Sequence record: SRR20825006_932
Length of the DNA stretch: 64,000 nucleotides
Strand: one strand, 5' to 3'
In this document: positions 40,690 through 49,561 of the stretch, piece by piece
How positions within the stretch are numbered: position 1 is the stretch's first letter
Layout: the number at the start of each line of letters is the position of its first letter
Notes under the pieces: generated by a model
The model's database searches: none
What the model saw: only the letters and a program-made list of their open reading frames with translations
Told to the model about the DNA's origin: nothing
Position numbers and translations under genes: made by a program

Positions 40690-40723
40690 AAAAAGCTCCT
40701 TATTTGATAAGGAGCTTTTTTTT
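40690..40723. terminator. Bidirectional intrinsic terminator between pdhC and motB
   Basis: aaaaagctccttat-ttg-ataaggagctttttttt. Confidence 0.88.
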
Positions 40724-40772
40724 GTTTGTGTAATAATAGCTAAGAAGAGAGTTTACTTGAATCTAAAACGGG

Positions 40773-42350
40773 CTAGTTATACTCAAGTAAATAGATGATG
40801 GGAAGTAAATTGAGTTCACTAGCTTTTATTTGTTCAAAGAGTTCGAGAGATCTAGACCAGCTTGAATTTTTTGAAGTGAGCAGGTAGTATTTTCCTTCTA
40901 TAGGTTCAGAAACAGTTGATTCGATATCCAAGTTGGAAAGAATATTTTGAGAGCTCTCAAGAGCTTCACTTTGGCTGGAGAAAGAACCCATTTGTAGTTG
41001 TATTGTAAAGTTGTATTCAGTTTGAGGTTCCTGTACATATCTGATAAAAATATTGGACGAGATACTTTTAGCGTTGAATGCATTGAGCTTGTCAAAAGTA
41101 GCTTTTAAGCTTGAACTAGGAACTGTCAGTACAGTAAACGCATTTGACGAAAACTGATTAATCTCTGTATTTATTTGGTGCTCGTTTAAAAGGCGGCTAA
41201 CATAATTTTCAGCATTCAGTTTTGTTTGGAAATAACCAAGCTGAATTTGATATCTAAGAGGAGAGGGGACAATCTGAGCTTTATTGTAGCATTGATTAAT
41301 GATACCTGTAGTTGCTAGAGTAGGAACCTGGGAGCCAATTTCTTTTTGAACTCTTAATACTTCAGAAAGTGAATTTTTAGCTTTGGTACGTACAGAGAAA
41401 AGATTCGTGTTATAAAAAATCTCCATTTCAAAGTTAGTTTTTTCTTCAACTTCTTCTGCAATCTTCAAACTGTTAAAGAAAGACTCGAATCCACCAATTT
41501 GTACTGAGTAGCTACAAGATTTTATCGATTTACTAGGTGGAGGAGTCACAGCAGGAGGTGGGACAGGAGCTACATCAACTATATCGGGTTGAGTAATAGG
41601 TTTTATTTCTGGTTCAGAAATAGCTTGAACTGGTTTCACTTCTGCTACGTCTCTTTCAAGTGTGTAATATAATCTTAGAACAATCCGTCTATTCATTTCT
41701 TTAGAAACAGGAAGATTATTACCTAACGAATCTAGCAAAATCATAGGTCTAGAGTCGGCATAGCCAGAAGCCTTAAGCCTTGAAGCTGGGATGCCTAGCC
41801 CATTAAAATATCTTACTACGTTAGAAGCTCTAGCTGTAGAAAGTTCCCAATTTGAAGGATAAATTGCGGATGAAATTGGGCTACTATCAGTATGACCTTC
41901 AATATCTATATTGAAGTCATCGTACTTATTTTCTTTTATAGCGAGTAATACCTTACTTAGTTGACTTAGCCCCTTAGGTTTAAGCTTAGCACTTCCTGAG
42001 CTATAAAAATCATCACTTTTAAAACGAATTCTCAAGTCATTAAGATCACGAGAAATACCAATTGAACCATTATCAATATCAGCTTGTAAAAGCTCTTCTA
42101 ATTCGGTCTTAATATCCTCGATAGGAGTAGTAATGTATTCTGTTTCCACTACTGAGGAATCATAAAGATTAGATACAGAAAGATCTTTACTATCTTTAAG
42201 CTGAGAAAATGAGAGCAGAATGATAAGAAACCCTAAAACAATGGTAATAATGTCGAGGTAACTTACCTGCCAACTATCATCATCTTCCTCTTCAAACGGT
42301 AGTTGAGGAAACAGTGAATTTCTCTTGTTATTTGGTGTTCTATCGCTCAA
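40773..42350 (-). CDS. motB: MotB/PomB-like stator subunit with OmpA domain, Pro-rich linker and about three SPOR-like repeats
   Basis: TM WQVSYLDIITIVLGFLIILLSFS with the conserved Asp (D33). OmpA domain IEGHTD, SNWELSTARASNV, GYADSRP, NRRI. C-terminal YSVQIGGF, YQIQLGYF and QLQMGSF. Confidence 0.9.
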   Translation of the reverse strand: MSDRTPNNKRNSLFPQLPFEEEDDDSWQVSYLDIITIVLGFLIILLSFSQLKDSKDLSVSNLYDSSVVETEYITTPIEDIKTELEELLQADIDNGSIGISRDLNDLRIRFKSDDFYSSGSAKLKPKGLSQLSKVLLAIKENKYDDFNIDIEGHTDSSPISSAIYPSNWELSTARASNVVRYFNGLGIPASRLKASGYADSRPMILLDSLGNNLPVSKEMNRRIVLRLYYTLERDVAEVKPVQAISEPEIKPITQPDIVDVAPVPPPAVTPPPSKSIKSCSYSVQIGGFESFFNSLKIAEEVEEKTNFEMEIFYNTNLFSVRTKAKNSLSEVLRVQKEIGSQVPTLATTGIINQCYNKAQIVPSPLRYQIQLGYFQTKLNAENYVSRLLNEHQINTEINQFSSNAFTVLTVPSSSLKATFDKLNAFNAKSISSNIFIRYVQEPQTEYNFTIQLQMGSFSSQSEALESSQNILSNLDIESTVSEPIEGKYYLLTSKNSSWSRSLELFEQIKASELNLLPIIYLLEYN

Positions 42351-42377
42351 AATAGGCTCTTATATAGATATTATAGT

Positions 42378-43175
42378 CTAGATTTTATTTTTGCCACGGC
42401 GCATGTGTGCCTGAAGTTTATCATAAATCTGTAGCGATGTTTTTTGTTCTTGAATTAGGATGATGCCCTCAAGAATAAGTTTTTCTCTAAAATATTGAAG
42501 GGAAGCACTATTATTCATTTTTTTCGCCATAGGTGTGAAAATGAAATTACCAATGATGATGCCATAAAGGGTAGTCATTAATGCGGTAGCTAACCCAGAC
42601 AGTAATGCATCCATCTCGTTAAAACTCGAAAGAATTACGATAAGTCCAAAAAGAGTTCCAAGCATACCAAATACAGGAGAGGTTTTGCCCATGCTAGTTA
42701 TTATCTGATTGGTATTAAGTTGACGAGAATAAGTTTCTTCGATGTAGATTTCGCCTAAATCTCTAAGTTCTTCCGTAGTGTAGTTGGTATCTAGTATAGA
42801 GAACAAGTAACCCTCAAATTGGTCATTAAACTCTTCACTTAGGTCAGAAATAGCTCGTACTCTATCTTTCTTAATTCTTTTTTGCCAGTACAGAATGTTG
42901 TCAATGTCATGGCCAATCAATTCATCATCAATCTTACTGTGAGAAAATAACCTTAAACTTTCTCGGAAAGCGACAAGTACGCTTCTAAAAGGATAGCTGA
43001 TAAAAACACTGGCAGCGATGCCTCCAAAAACAATTGCGAGGCTAGGTAAATTTAAAAATTCATACTTGCTTGGAACGATATCATACTGAGTGAATCCAGT
43101 TACAAGTAAGGTACCCCAAACAAGTATTGAAATCGAAAAGATAAAGCTAAAGATATTAAGTATAGATGTGCGCAT
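42378..43175 (-). CDS. motA: MotA/PomA-like stator subunit
   Basis: Motifs FLNLPSLAIVFGG, SPVFGMLGTLFGLI, ALMTTLYG, FTPMAKK, KLILEGII.IQ. Confidence 0.92.
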   Translation of the reverse strand: MRTSILNIFSFIFSISILVWGTLLVTGFTQYDIVPSKYEFLNLPSLAIVFGGIAASVFISYPFRSVLVAFRESLRLFSHSKIDDELIGHDIDNILYWQKRIKKDRVRAISDLSEEFNDQFEGYLFSILDTNYTTEELRDLGEIYIEETYSRQLNTNQIITSMGKTSPVFGMLGTLFGLIVILSSFNEMDALLSGLATALMTTLYGIIIGNFIFTPMAKKMNNSASLQYFREKLILEGIILIQEQKTSLQIYDKLQAHMRRGKNKI

Positions 43176-43184
43176 TGTATACTA

Positions 43185-43703
43185 CTATTTAAAATTTCGT
43201 TCAAGTTTATCGTTAATCAATCCTTGGTTCTGCAACTCTTTAATAATTACAGAAGAATTTGGGATAGGAATGTTCTTGTCCATTTCAAGTGCTCTCTTCC
43301 AATTTTGAGTAAACAAATCTATTGAGCCCAAGCCAAGATAAATACTTCCTTTTAATGCTATAATATCAGGAGTTTCTTTTATAGCAATAGCCTTATTGAT
43401 TAAATAAAGAGCGTCTTCGTATTCGGCATTATAAAACTGTTGTTGTGCTAGTATATAGTATGTTGTAATTCCGTTTGCTTTACCAAGGTATTGTTTCTCT
43501 AAATCTTTCTTATAATCTTCGGTTAGTTTGATTCTGGCAGGATCCTTATCAGGTGAAATCACTTTTATAGACGCAGTGCTGTCTTCAACTACAGGTACGG
43601 CCTCTGTTAGGTTCTCAATGTTTTTTGAACTCCCACAACCTAAAACTAGAGCATAGATTAATACGCCTAGAAGTAAGCTTTTAAAAAATGATATGTTATT
43701 TAT
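43185..43703 (-). CDS. TPR lipoprotein (frame extends upstream of the listed ORF; putative non-canonical ATA start)
   Basis: The in-frame upstream extension reads (I/M)NNISFFKSLLLGVLIYALVLG-C-GSSK (lipobox Cys at 43635-43637). TPR helices YILAQQQFYNAEYEDAL...ALKGSIY. Confidence 0.7.
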   Translation of the reverse strand: MNNISFFKSLLLGVLIYALVLGCGSSKNIENLTEAVPVVEDSTASIKVISPDKDPARIKLTEDYKKDLEKQYLGKANGITTYYILAQQQFYNAEYEDALYLINKAIAIKETPDIIALKGSIYLGLGSIDLFTQNWKRALEMDKNIPIPNSSVIIKELQNQGLINDKLERNFK

Positions 43704-43728
43704 TGAGACGATAAGTTACGACCTGAAT

Positions 43729-45609
43729 TTATTTTAAAGTATATGATTGTTTTTTCACTTCATTTCTAATTGAATTCATCATCAGTACTTTCGCCTGTTC
43801 AATATTCTGTTCATCATCCAATTCAGCTTGATCAAGTTCAATTCTTATTAAGCGCTGTTCTCGTCTTGGTCTTACAGATAACACTTTATTAATAATTGCA
43901 TCATCTAGTCCTACAAGAGCTCTTAAAAGTATTTCAGTACTTAACTGGTTTACTGCCGCATTCACAATTTTTTCATCGAGCTCAGGAATTTGATCTAAAG
44001 TAATGAATTGTTCTTTGATAATGTTACCAACTGGAGATCCTGTATCTATGAGCTGCTGAATATATCTTTGTTGATCTTTTAAAGGAATCCGTTCTAAAAC
44101 AGGTAAGATATTCTCTGCACCAAGACGTTCTTCTTTTTCAGATTCTAATAAATCCATAGCTTTATCGAAAAGCTTAGAAGAGGTTTCTGTGTGCTGCTTA
44201 TACGATAAAGTATGGATGGTCGCCATATTTATCATAATATGAGTAGCTCGGTCACTATCAAATTTATCAAGAAGATCTGCTGCTTTGTTACCTGGTAAGT
44301 AATCTAGAACTAAAGCAGCCGTCTGAGTGTCTTCATTTTTCATCAATTTAATTATTTGATCATCTGAAATATGACTTAAGAACTTAAAAAGCCCAAGTTT
44401 AGCATGTTTGTGATCAGTTTGTGTATCGGAACCACTCGGCCTTAATACAGAGTCAAAATCTTTAAGTATTTGCTGTTTCTTATCTACTGATAATTCGGGC
44501 AATGTATCTAAAGCTTCAGAAATGGCTATATAATTAGCCGGTTGCATTTCTTTCTTTAATGATCTGACGAGCTGCTTATCTATAGAGGCAATTACTTCGG
44601 CTGCTTTACGAATTCCTTGCTCGTTATCTGTATCAATCCAAAATTCAAAAAGTAGAGATATCTCTTGTGGTGAATTGAAAAACTGCGAGATTAGTTCATC
44701 GATATCCACAGAGGGATCGTCATCTGTAGATGGTGAGCGACGCTGAGCCAAGTGTTGGATATTAGACTGAGGTATAGGGGAATCAAAGCTCATTTCGTTT
44801 CTAAAGCTTTCTCTAGAGTCTTTAGGTGCTTTTTTACCTTTAGTCATAAACTTCCAAAGCACAATAAATAGAATAAGCAGAAGAATTATGATACCAGCCA
44901 CTATTAATACAAGCTTGTATTCACTTATTACTGACAGTAAGGTTGGGGGTGTTGCGCTTACTGAAGGTTCTTCCACGGGTTCTTCGATGACAATAGGAGT
45001 AGGCTTTTCTCTACTAAAATCAGGAATAGATACTCTGGAGATATTAATTCTATCGCCACGTGTAGGATTTGTTTTTATAGCAAAACCAGCTATTAGCTTC
45101 ATAAACTCTATCTCAGGAGCACTAAAAGAAGAGTCAGCGTAGATGTTGATATTTAAGTTAGTGAGCTGTAGAGTCCTAAAAACATTTTGATTAACAATAG
45201 TTTCAGGCGTTTTATCCTCGGTCTGTCTTTCTCGTAGGTTTCCTTCAGGTAAGAAAGGAAGTCCAGGCATGATAATATTTTTTGGACGATCTCTATTTAT
45301 TTTACTTTCTGAGGTAGCGTAGGTCTCGTTAACCATTTCTGCTTTTACGCTCACATCAACAAAAAACATTTTTTTGTCAAAATAGTTGGAGAGAATTTGA
45401 ATTAATTGGGAGTCATAGTTTTGTTCAAGATTAGCAATCTTTAAATCAATAGACTCTGCGGTGCTAACACCCGAAGTAACTTGAGCATTAATTGCGCTAA
45501 TTGCGGAGATCGAAACGATTAGGAAGCATATACAAACAAATATGCGAAGCCCAAAAGAGGCTTTTAAGGAACCAGTAATATTGTTTACTCTTAGTTGATC
45601 TGAATACAT
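43729..45609 (-). CDS. Natural FliF(RBM3/S-ring)-TM-FliG fusion rotor protein
   Basis: aa ~55-198 match FliF RBM3 (LEQ...QILSNYF...VDVSV, PG, EIEFMKLIAGFAIKTNPTRGDRINI). TM at aa 233-252. FliF-C helix FNSPQEISLLFEFWI. FliG-N GIRKAAEVI, FliG-M LFKFL...NEDTQTAALVLDYL, FliG-C FITLDQI..LDEKIV...LLRALVG...RPRREQRLIRIEL. Confidence 0.85.
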   Translation of the reverse strand: MYSDQLRVNNITGSLKASFGLRIFVCICFLIVSISAISAINAQVTSGVSTAESIDLKIANLEQNYDSQLIQILSNYFDKKMFFVDVSVKAEMVNETYATSESKINRDRPKNIIMPGLPFLPEGNLRERQTEDKTPETIVNQNVFRTLQLTNLNINIYADSSFSAPEIEFMKLIAGFAIKTNPTRGDRINISRVSIPDFSREKPTPIVIEEPVEEPSVSATPPTLLSVISEYKLVLIVAGIIILLLILFIVLWKFMTKGKKAPKDSRESFRNEMSFDSPIPQSNIQHLAQRRSPSTDDDPSVDIDELISQFFNSPQEISLLFEFWIDTDNEQGIRKAAEVIASIDKQLVRSLKKEMQPANYIAISEALDTLPELSVDKKQQILKDFDSVLRPSGSDTQTDHKHAKLGLFKFLSHISDDQIIKLMKNEDTQTAALVLDYLPGNKAADLLDKFDSDRATHIMINMATIHTLSYKQHTETSSKLFDKAMDLLESEKEERLGAENILPVLERIPLKDQQRYIQQLIDTGSPVGNIIKEQFITLDQIPELDEKIVNAAVNQLSTEILLRALVGLDDAIINKVLSVRPRREQRLIRIELDQAELDDEQNIEQAKVLMMNSIRNEVKKQSYTLK

Positions 45610-45612
45610 ACC

Positions 45613-48597
45613 CTAATCCATGAACTCTGTTTTAATTAATTGATCAAGAACTTCTACATCAGGAATAAAAATATCAGGGTTAAAACGGATTGCTTTATCC
45701 CAGCTCTGTTGAGCCTCAATTTTATTTCCTTTTAAGTAATATAAACTACCTTTAAGCGCGTACCCTTGTGCTGTTTCAAATAGTTTTAGAGATTCGTTAA
45801 CATACTTAAAAGCGCCTTCAATATCTCTTTGATAAAATTCATTTTGAGCCAAAATAATTAAGCGCAACGTCTCATTTACTTTATTAGATAAAGTCTTCTC
45901 ATATTCGAGAATTTCCGTGCTTTGTTTAATCTCGGTAATGATTTCTTTGGCATTTGCAGGTGGAATATCAGGAGGAGTGTAATCTTCGGGTCGTAGCAAG
46001 AACTCTAAACCCTCCACAAAATCGCCTTCGGGAATAGCTTTAATTTCGAACTCTAATGAACTTGGTTCTGCAGTAGATTTTAGGATACCAAGTTGAGCTT
46101 GTTCAATGGATAGGCTGTATTTTCCTGGTGGAATCTCATAGGCATAGAAACTACCATCGCCGAATGTTCTAAGTTCTGTGGTGTATTCACTATTGATTTT
46201 TTTCAAAGTGAGTTTTAACCCGCCCACGCCTTGTTTAGTGCTGTTTTCAAGTACCTTATGCACAGATCCTTCAATAACTCCAGACATGTAAAAAGGAATT
46301 TCAATTTTTTTGAAGCGGTTAGGATCTGTAATAACACCAAACTTATCGAAATCCGGCACCAGCATTGGATTGTTTATAGCACCTTTATTCAACTCCATGT
46401 TATAGAAGTAATAAGGTTGCATTTGGGAGAAGTAAACTACTCCGTTTTTCGCTGTACTAGAAGCACCTGAACGATTTATACGCAGTGCATTTTCATTTAT
46501 TGGGTCGTCACCCTCATCAAATTTGCTGTTATTATTGTTGTCAACAAACAGTTTTATGGCCGCGCCAGCTCTTCCAACTTGATCCCGGCTTGTAAAGAGG
46601 AAATTGTTGTAATTAGTATCATAGCCAATAGATCCTCGAATATTCTGAGCAAAAGAGCTGACACCTCTAACTTGGCTAAAGGTTGAACTGGATCTAACTT
46701 TATTAAAATCGATGATTAGGTTGAAACGAATAGTATTGAATTGATTTTTAAAATTTCTACCATATGAAAGTTGAAAACGGCCTTGTTTTAAAATATTTCT
46801 AGAGATTAAAAGATCAACTGATTCTACTTCTGAAATCGCAGGCATATATCTAAAACTGGTACGAATAAAAAAGCCACGTAAGAATTTCGGAATATTAGCA
46901 TTTTGTGTAAAATTGTAAGTCATTGATGCTTCAGCGGAGCTAGTAGTAGATGGATTTAAAGGATCAAAAGCTCCAGTAGAACGATCGCTATACCCAAGTC
47001 TTACATTTAGTTTCCCAAGGTTAGTGCTTGCATCTATGCGATAAGAAGTAGAGTTGCCATTTGCTCTGATTCTAGTATATGAAGAAAGGCGAAGATTAAA
47101 AGGGGTGCTTCTAATTAGAAAAGGGTAGAAAAGGCTACCAATGATACGCTTATCGTCACCAGAAGTATTATAAATGTTCTGCGTCTTAGTGTAGTTAGTA
47201 TAGTCTAAGTTAAAGCTCGTTGAATTTGGATATATTACATTCAAAGCTCCTCTATAATAACTATTGGAAACACCTTCTAAAGTAAAAATATACTTTGATA
47301 AAATACGAGAAGATAAAGTGCTGGTTAGCGTGGGTTTATTATTATTAATTCCATCATAGTACTCTACACCTGATTTAAGTGTTAACCATTCAGTGAGTCC
47401 TAATGCACCTGAACCATGTGCAATATAATTTCGCTCAGTGCTTCCCAAAATGGGATTGTCGAGCTGGCCAATATTGAAATTATAATTAAAAACACCTTTT
47501 GGCTGAAAGTTAAATGGAATTTGTATTCGATTAGAACGCTCAATAATCTGACCTGTAGGGCCATATATCTTGATGTCAAACTGGGAGGTTCCGTAAGAAA
47601 TAGGCGCTAAAAAACGATAATCTCCAAGTTCATTTGCCTGCTGGTAATCAATTAATAAATTGTTTAAATAAAGTTCGACTTCAGATTGAGGAAGTGTTGA
47701 ACCATGAACTTCATATTCATCAAAACTAAATCTAGGCTCTATAGGAGAATTAGAGATACGAATACCAGTATATGGATTTTGAATAATACCATCACTTCTA
47801 GTCTGCCCAAGTGTTAGTCGCGTAAGTATAGTGCTTTCTCTAAATAGATAGCGCCATCTAAGGCCATTTGTATTAATAGTGGAAAAATTGTCGTTGGAAC
47901 TTCCATAAATAGTCCCTTGTAAATCTCCGCCAGCTAATTGCAACCCAACATTAGAACTGAAGTTGTATAAATTTTGAGTTGAGTTTACTGTACTAGAGAG
48001 GTTATAGTCAATAAAGCCACCATCAATAAGTGGTTTTACACGGTCATATTTTAAGTCGTAATTCTCAGTTTTATTACGGTTTCTATTAGCACGGTTTCTT
48101 TTTTGGTCACGAAGTATCTTTTGTACTATTGGAATTTCAATACTAGACTCTAAATTGAGCGTAAGATTGCTGAAATCTATTGTAAATCTTAATTGGAATA
48201 GTTTTTCAAATAGAGCGGCCGTAATATAAAAATCTAAATCTGTAAGGAGATAATCCTTAGTAGTAAGTGCTATTATTTTATCTCCAATGCGAGCTACATT
48301 GGTCTGAAAATCAAGACTGTACGGTGTTTGTTTACTAGCATATTTACCACTAACGGTAAGCTCGGAAATGGTATTATCAAATTGTAACTGTGAAAAAAGC
48401 TCGTTTATAGGAAGATAAAACTTATCATCTTTGTAGTAAGCGATTACTACGGTATTTATAACCCCGCGATGCCTAAAGTCTAAATATACCTCGGAGGCTT
48501 CTTCTGTAGAGTTTTGAGCATAAACTTGTGGAGTTAAGCATATACATGCCAGAAATAAACTTAATGATGAGAGGTAATGAAACCAACGTGTGTTCAC
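45613..48597 (-). CDS. Usher-like outer-membrane protein with C-terminal Ig-like domains and TPR module
   Basis: Signal peptide and N-terminal FYLPINELF domain. Barrel with FIDYNL, YTGIRISN, plug VELYLNN..G.YRF..PISYG...IKIYGPTGQ. Then FVDNNNNSKFDEGD, GDGSFY..IPPGKY, and a terminal TPR pair. Confidence 0.78.
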   Translation of the reverse strand: MNTRWFHYLSSLSLFLACICLTPQVYAQNSTEEASEVYLDFRHRGVINTVVIAYYKDDKFYLPINELFSQLQFDNTISELTVSGKYASKQTPYSLDFQTNVARIGDKIIALTTKDYLLTDLDFYITAALFEKLFQLRFTIDFSNLTLNLESSIEIPIVQKILRDQKRNRANRNRNKTENYDLKYDRVKPLIDGGFIDYNLSSTVNSTQNLYNFSSNVGLQLAGGDLQGTIYGSSNDNFSTINTNGLRWRYLFRESTILTRLTLGQTRSDGIIQNPYTGIRISNSPIEPRFSFDEYEVHGSTLPQSEVELYLNNLLIDYQQANELGDYRFLAPISYGTSQFDIKIYGPTGQIIERSNRIQIPFNFQPKGVFNYNFNIGQLDNPILGSTERNYIAHGSGALGLTEWLTLKSGVEYYDGINNNKPTLTSTLSSRILSKYIFTLEGVSNSYYRGALNVIYPNSTSFNLDYTNYTKTQNIYNTSGDDKRIIGSLFYPFLIRSTPFNLRLSSYTRIRANGNSTSYRIDASTNLGKLNVRLGYSDRSTGAFDPLNPSTTSSAEASMTYNFTQNANIPKFLRGFFIRTSFRYMPAISEVESVDLLISRNILKQGRFQLSYGRNFKNQFNTIRFNLIIDFNKVRSSSTFSQVRGVSSFAQNIRGSIGYDTNYNNFLFTSRDQVGRAGAAIKLFVDNNNNSKFDEGDDPINENALRINRSGASSTAKNGVVYFSQMQPYYFYNMELNKGAINNPMLVPDFDKFGVITDPNRFKKIEIPFYMSGVIEGSVHKVLENSTKQGVGGLKLTLKKINSEYTTELRTFGDGSFYAYEIPPGKYSLSIEQAQLGILKSTAEPSSLEFEIKAIPEGDFVEGLEFLLRPEDYTPPDIPPANAKEIITEIKQSTEILEYEKTLSNKVNETLRLIILAQNEFYQRDIEGAFKYVNESLKLFETAQGYALKGSLYYLKGNKIEAQQSWDKAIRFNPDIFIPDVEVLDQLIKTEFMD

Positions 48598-49430
48598 CTT
48601 ATAGCGTAGGGTATGGTTTTGGTGACGGTTTTCATCTGAACGATATCACTAGAAGAAACATCACCACGTTGACTTTCAAATTGAACTTTGATTTTATACT
48701 CACCTTTTGGAAGGTCATTGAGATCTAAGAATTGTCTGTTAGTCCCATCAAAATAAATACTTGTAGAAACAAACGCTTGTTTTACTTCTTGATTGTTACT
48801 GTCAATCAAAGTTGTACTGATAGAGCCTAGAAAAGGAGAGTTTCCTGTTCTTCTATAATCGGTTAATACCGTTAATCTATTATCCTCTCCAAGGTTTGTG
48901 CGAATCTCTTGCACTTCAATACCCGTGGTTGTTTTACCTACTTTGTAAAAAAGGCCAGTAACTTGCTCTATTTTGATAGAAACTCTAGCAGAAACATCAT
49001 TACCTGCATTGCCCACTTCAACCTGTTGGGTTTCTGGGTTAGAAGATGTTTTTATACGAGACCAATAGGTTCCTTCTTTAAGCTCTCTTGTACTTCCTGT
49101 AATTCTAAGGCGTACAATTTGGCGCTGATTAGGCGCTAATACGAAGTTCTGTGGGAATGCACGTACATTTTGAGTGATAGAGCGTGCAGCAGTCATTAAG
49201 CTATCGCCTATAATGTTAGTTCTATTACCTTCTTTATCGGTGGTACTGTACCCAAAGAAAAATTCAATGGCTATTTCTTGAGGTTCATTAGAGCCATTAA
49301 TTACCATATACGTTCCAAACTTTGAATTATCTGAAATAAATATATTGGTTGGTGCAATGGTAACTTGAGCAATGATCCCTGTAGAGCTTAGGGAAAAGAG
49401 TAAAACTAATAAAAGTGTAAGCCTGTTCAT
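48594..49430 (-). CDS. Periplasmic fimbrial chaperone-like protein (PapD/EcpB-like)
   Basis: Signal peptide, then VTIAPTNIFI, FPQNFVLAPNQRQIVRL, EGTYWSRI, RRTGNS. Overlaps the usher start (GTGA). Confidence 0.8.
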   Translation of the reverse strand: MNRLTLLLVLLFSLSSTGIIAQVTIAPTNIFISDNSKFGTYMVINGSNEPQEIAIEFFFGYSTTDKEGNRTNIIGDSLMTAARSITQNVRAFPQNFVLAPNQRQIVRLRITGSTRELKEGTYWSRIKTSSNPETQQVEVGNAGNDVSARVSIKIEQVTGLFYKVGKTTTGIEVQEIRTNLGEDNRLTVLTDYRRTGNSPFLGSISTTLIDSNNQEVKQAFVSTSIYFDGTNRQFLDLNDLPKGEYKIKVQFESQRGDVSSSDIVQMKTVTKTIPYAIR

Positions 49431-49505
49431 CTGTAATTTGATTTGTTTAGATCTTAGAAAGAAATGTAAGTAAATAAGGCTTAATATTATATTTATTAAT
49501 ACTTC

Positions 49506-49535
49506 AAAAAAAAAGTCCCATTTTAGAAATGGGAC
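49506..49535 (-). terminator. Intrinsic terminator between the major pilin and chaperone genes
   Basis: Minus strand reads gtcccattt-cta-aaatgggac followed by nine T. Confidence 0.85.
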
Positions 49536-49561
49536 CTTTAATAAAAGCTGTTTGAAAAAGC

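Noticed and set aside
40773-43175. Zorya (ZorAB) anti-phage system or ExbBD/TolQR pair
   Set aside because: The A subunit has no long ZorA tail, no zorC/D/E genes are present, and the motifs are PomA/MotB-type. A FliG-like partner is adjacent.
40773-45609. Decaying remnant of an ordinary flagellar operon
   Set aside because: The ORFs are full length with key residues intact and carry gained features (fusion, SPOR-like repeats). They are tightly coupled to the usher gene, with no other flagellar fragments nearby. Flagellar genes elsewhere in the genome cannot be excluded from this window.
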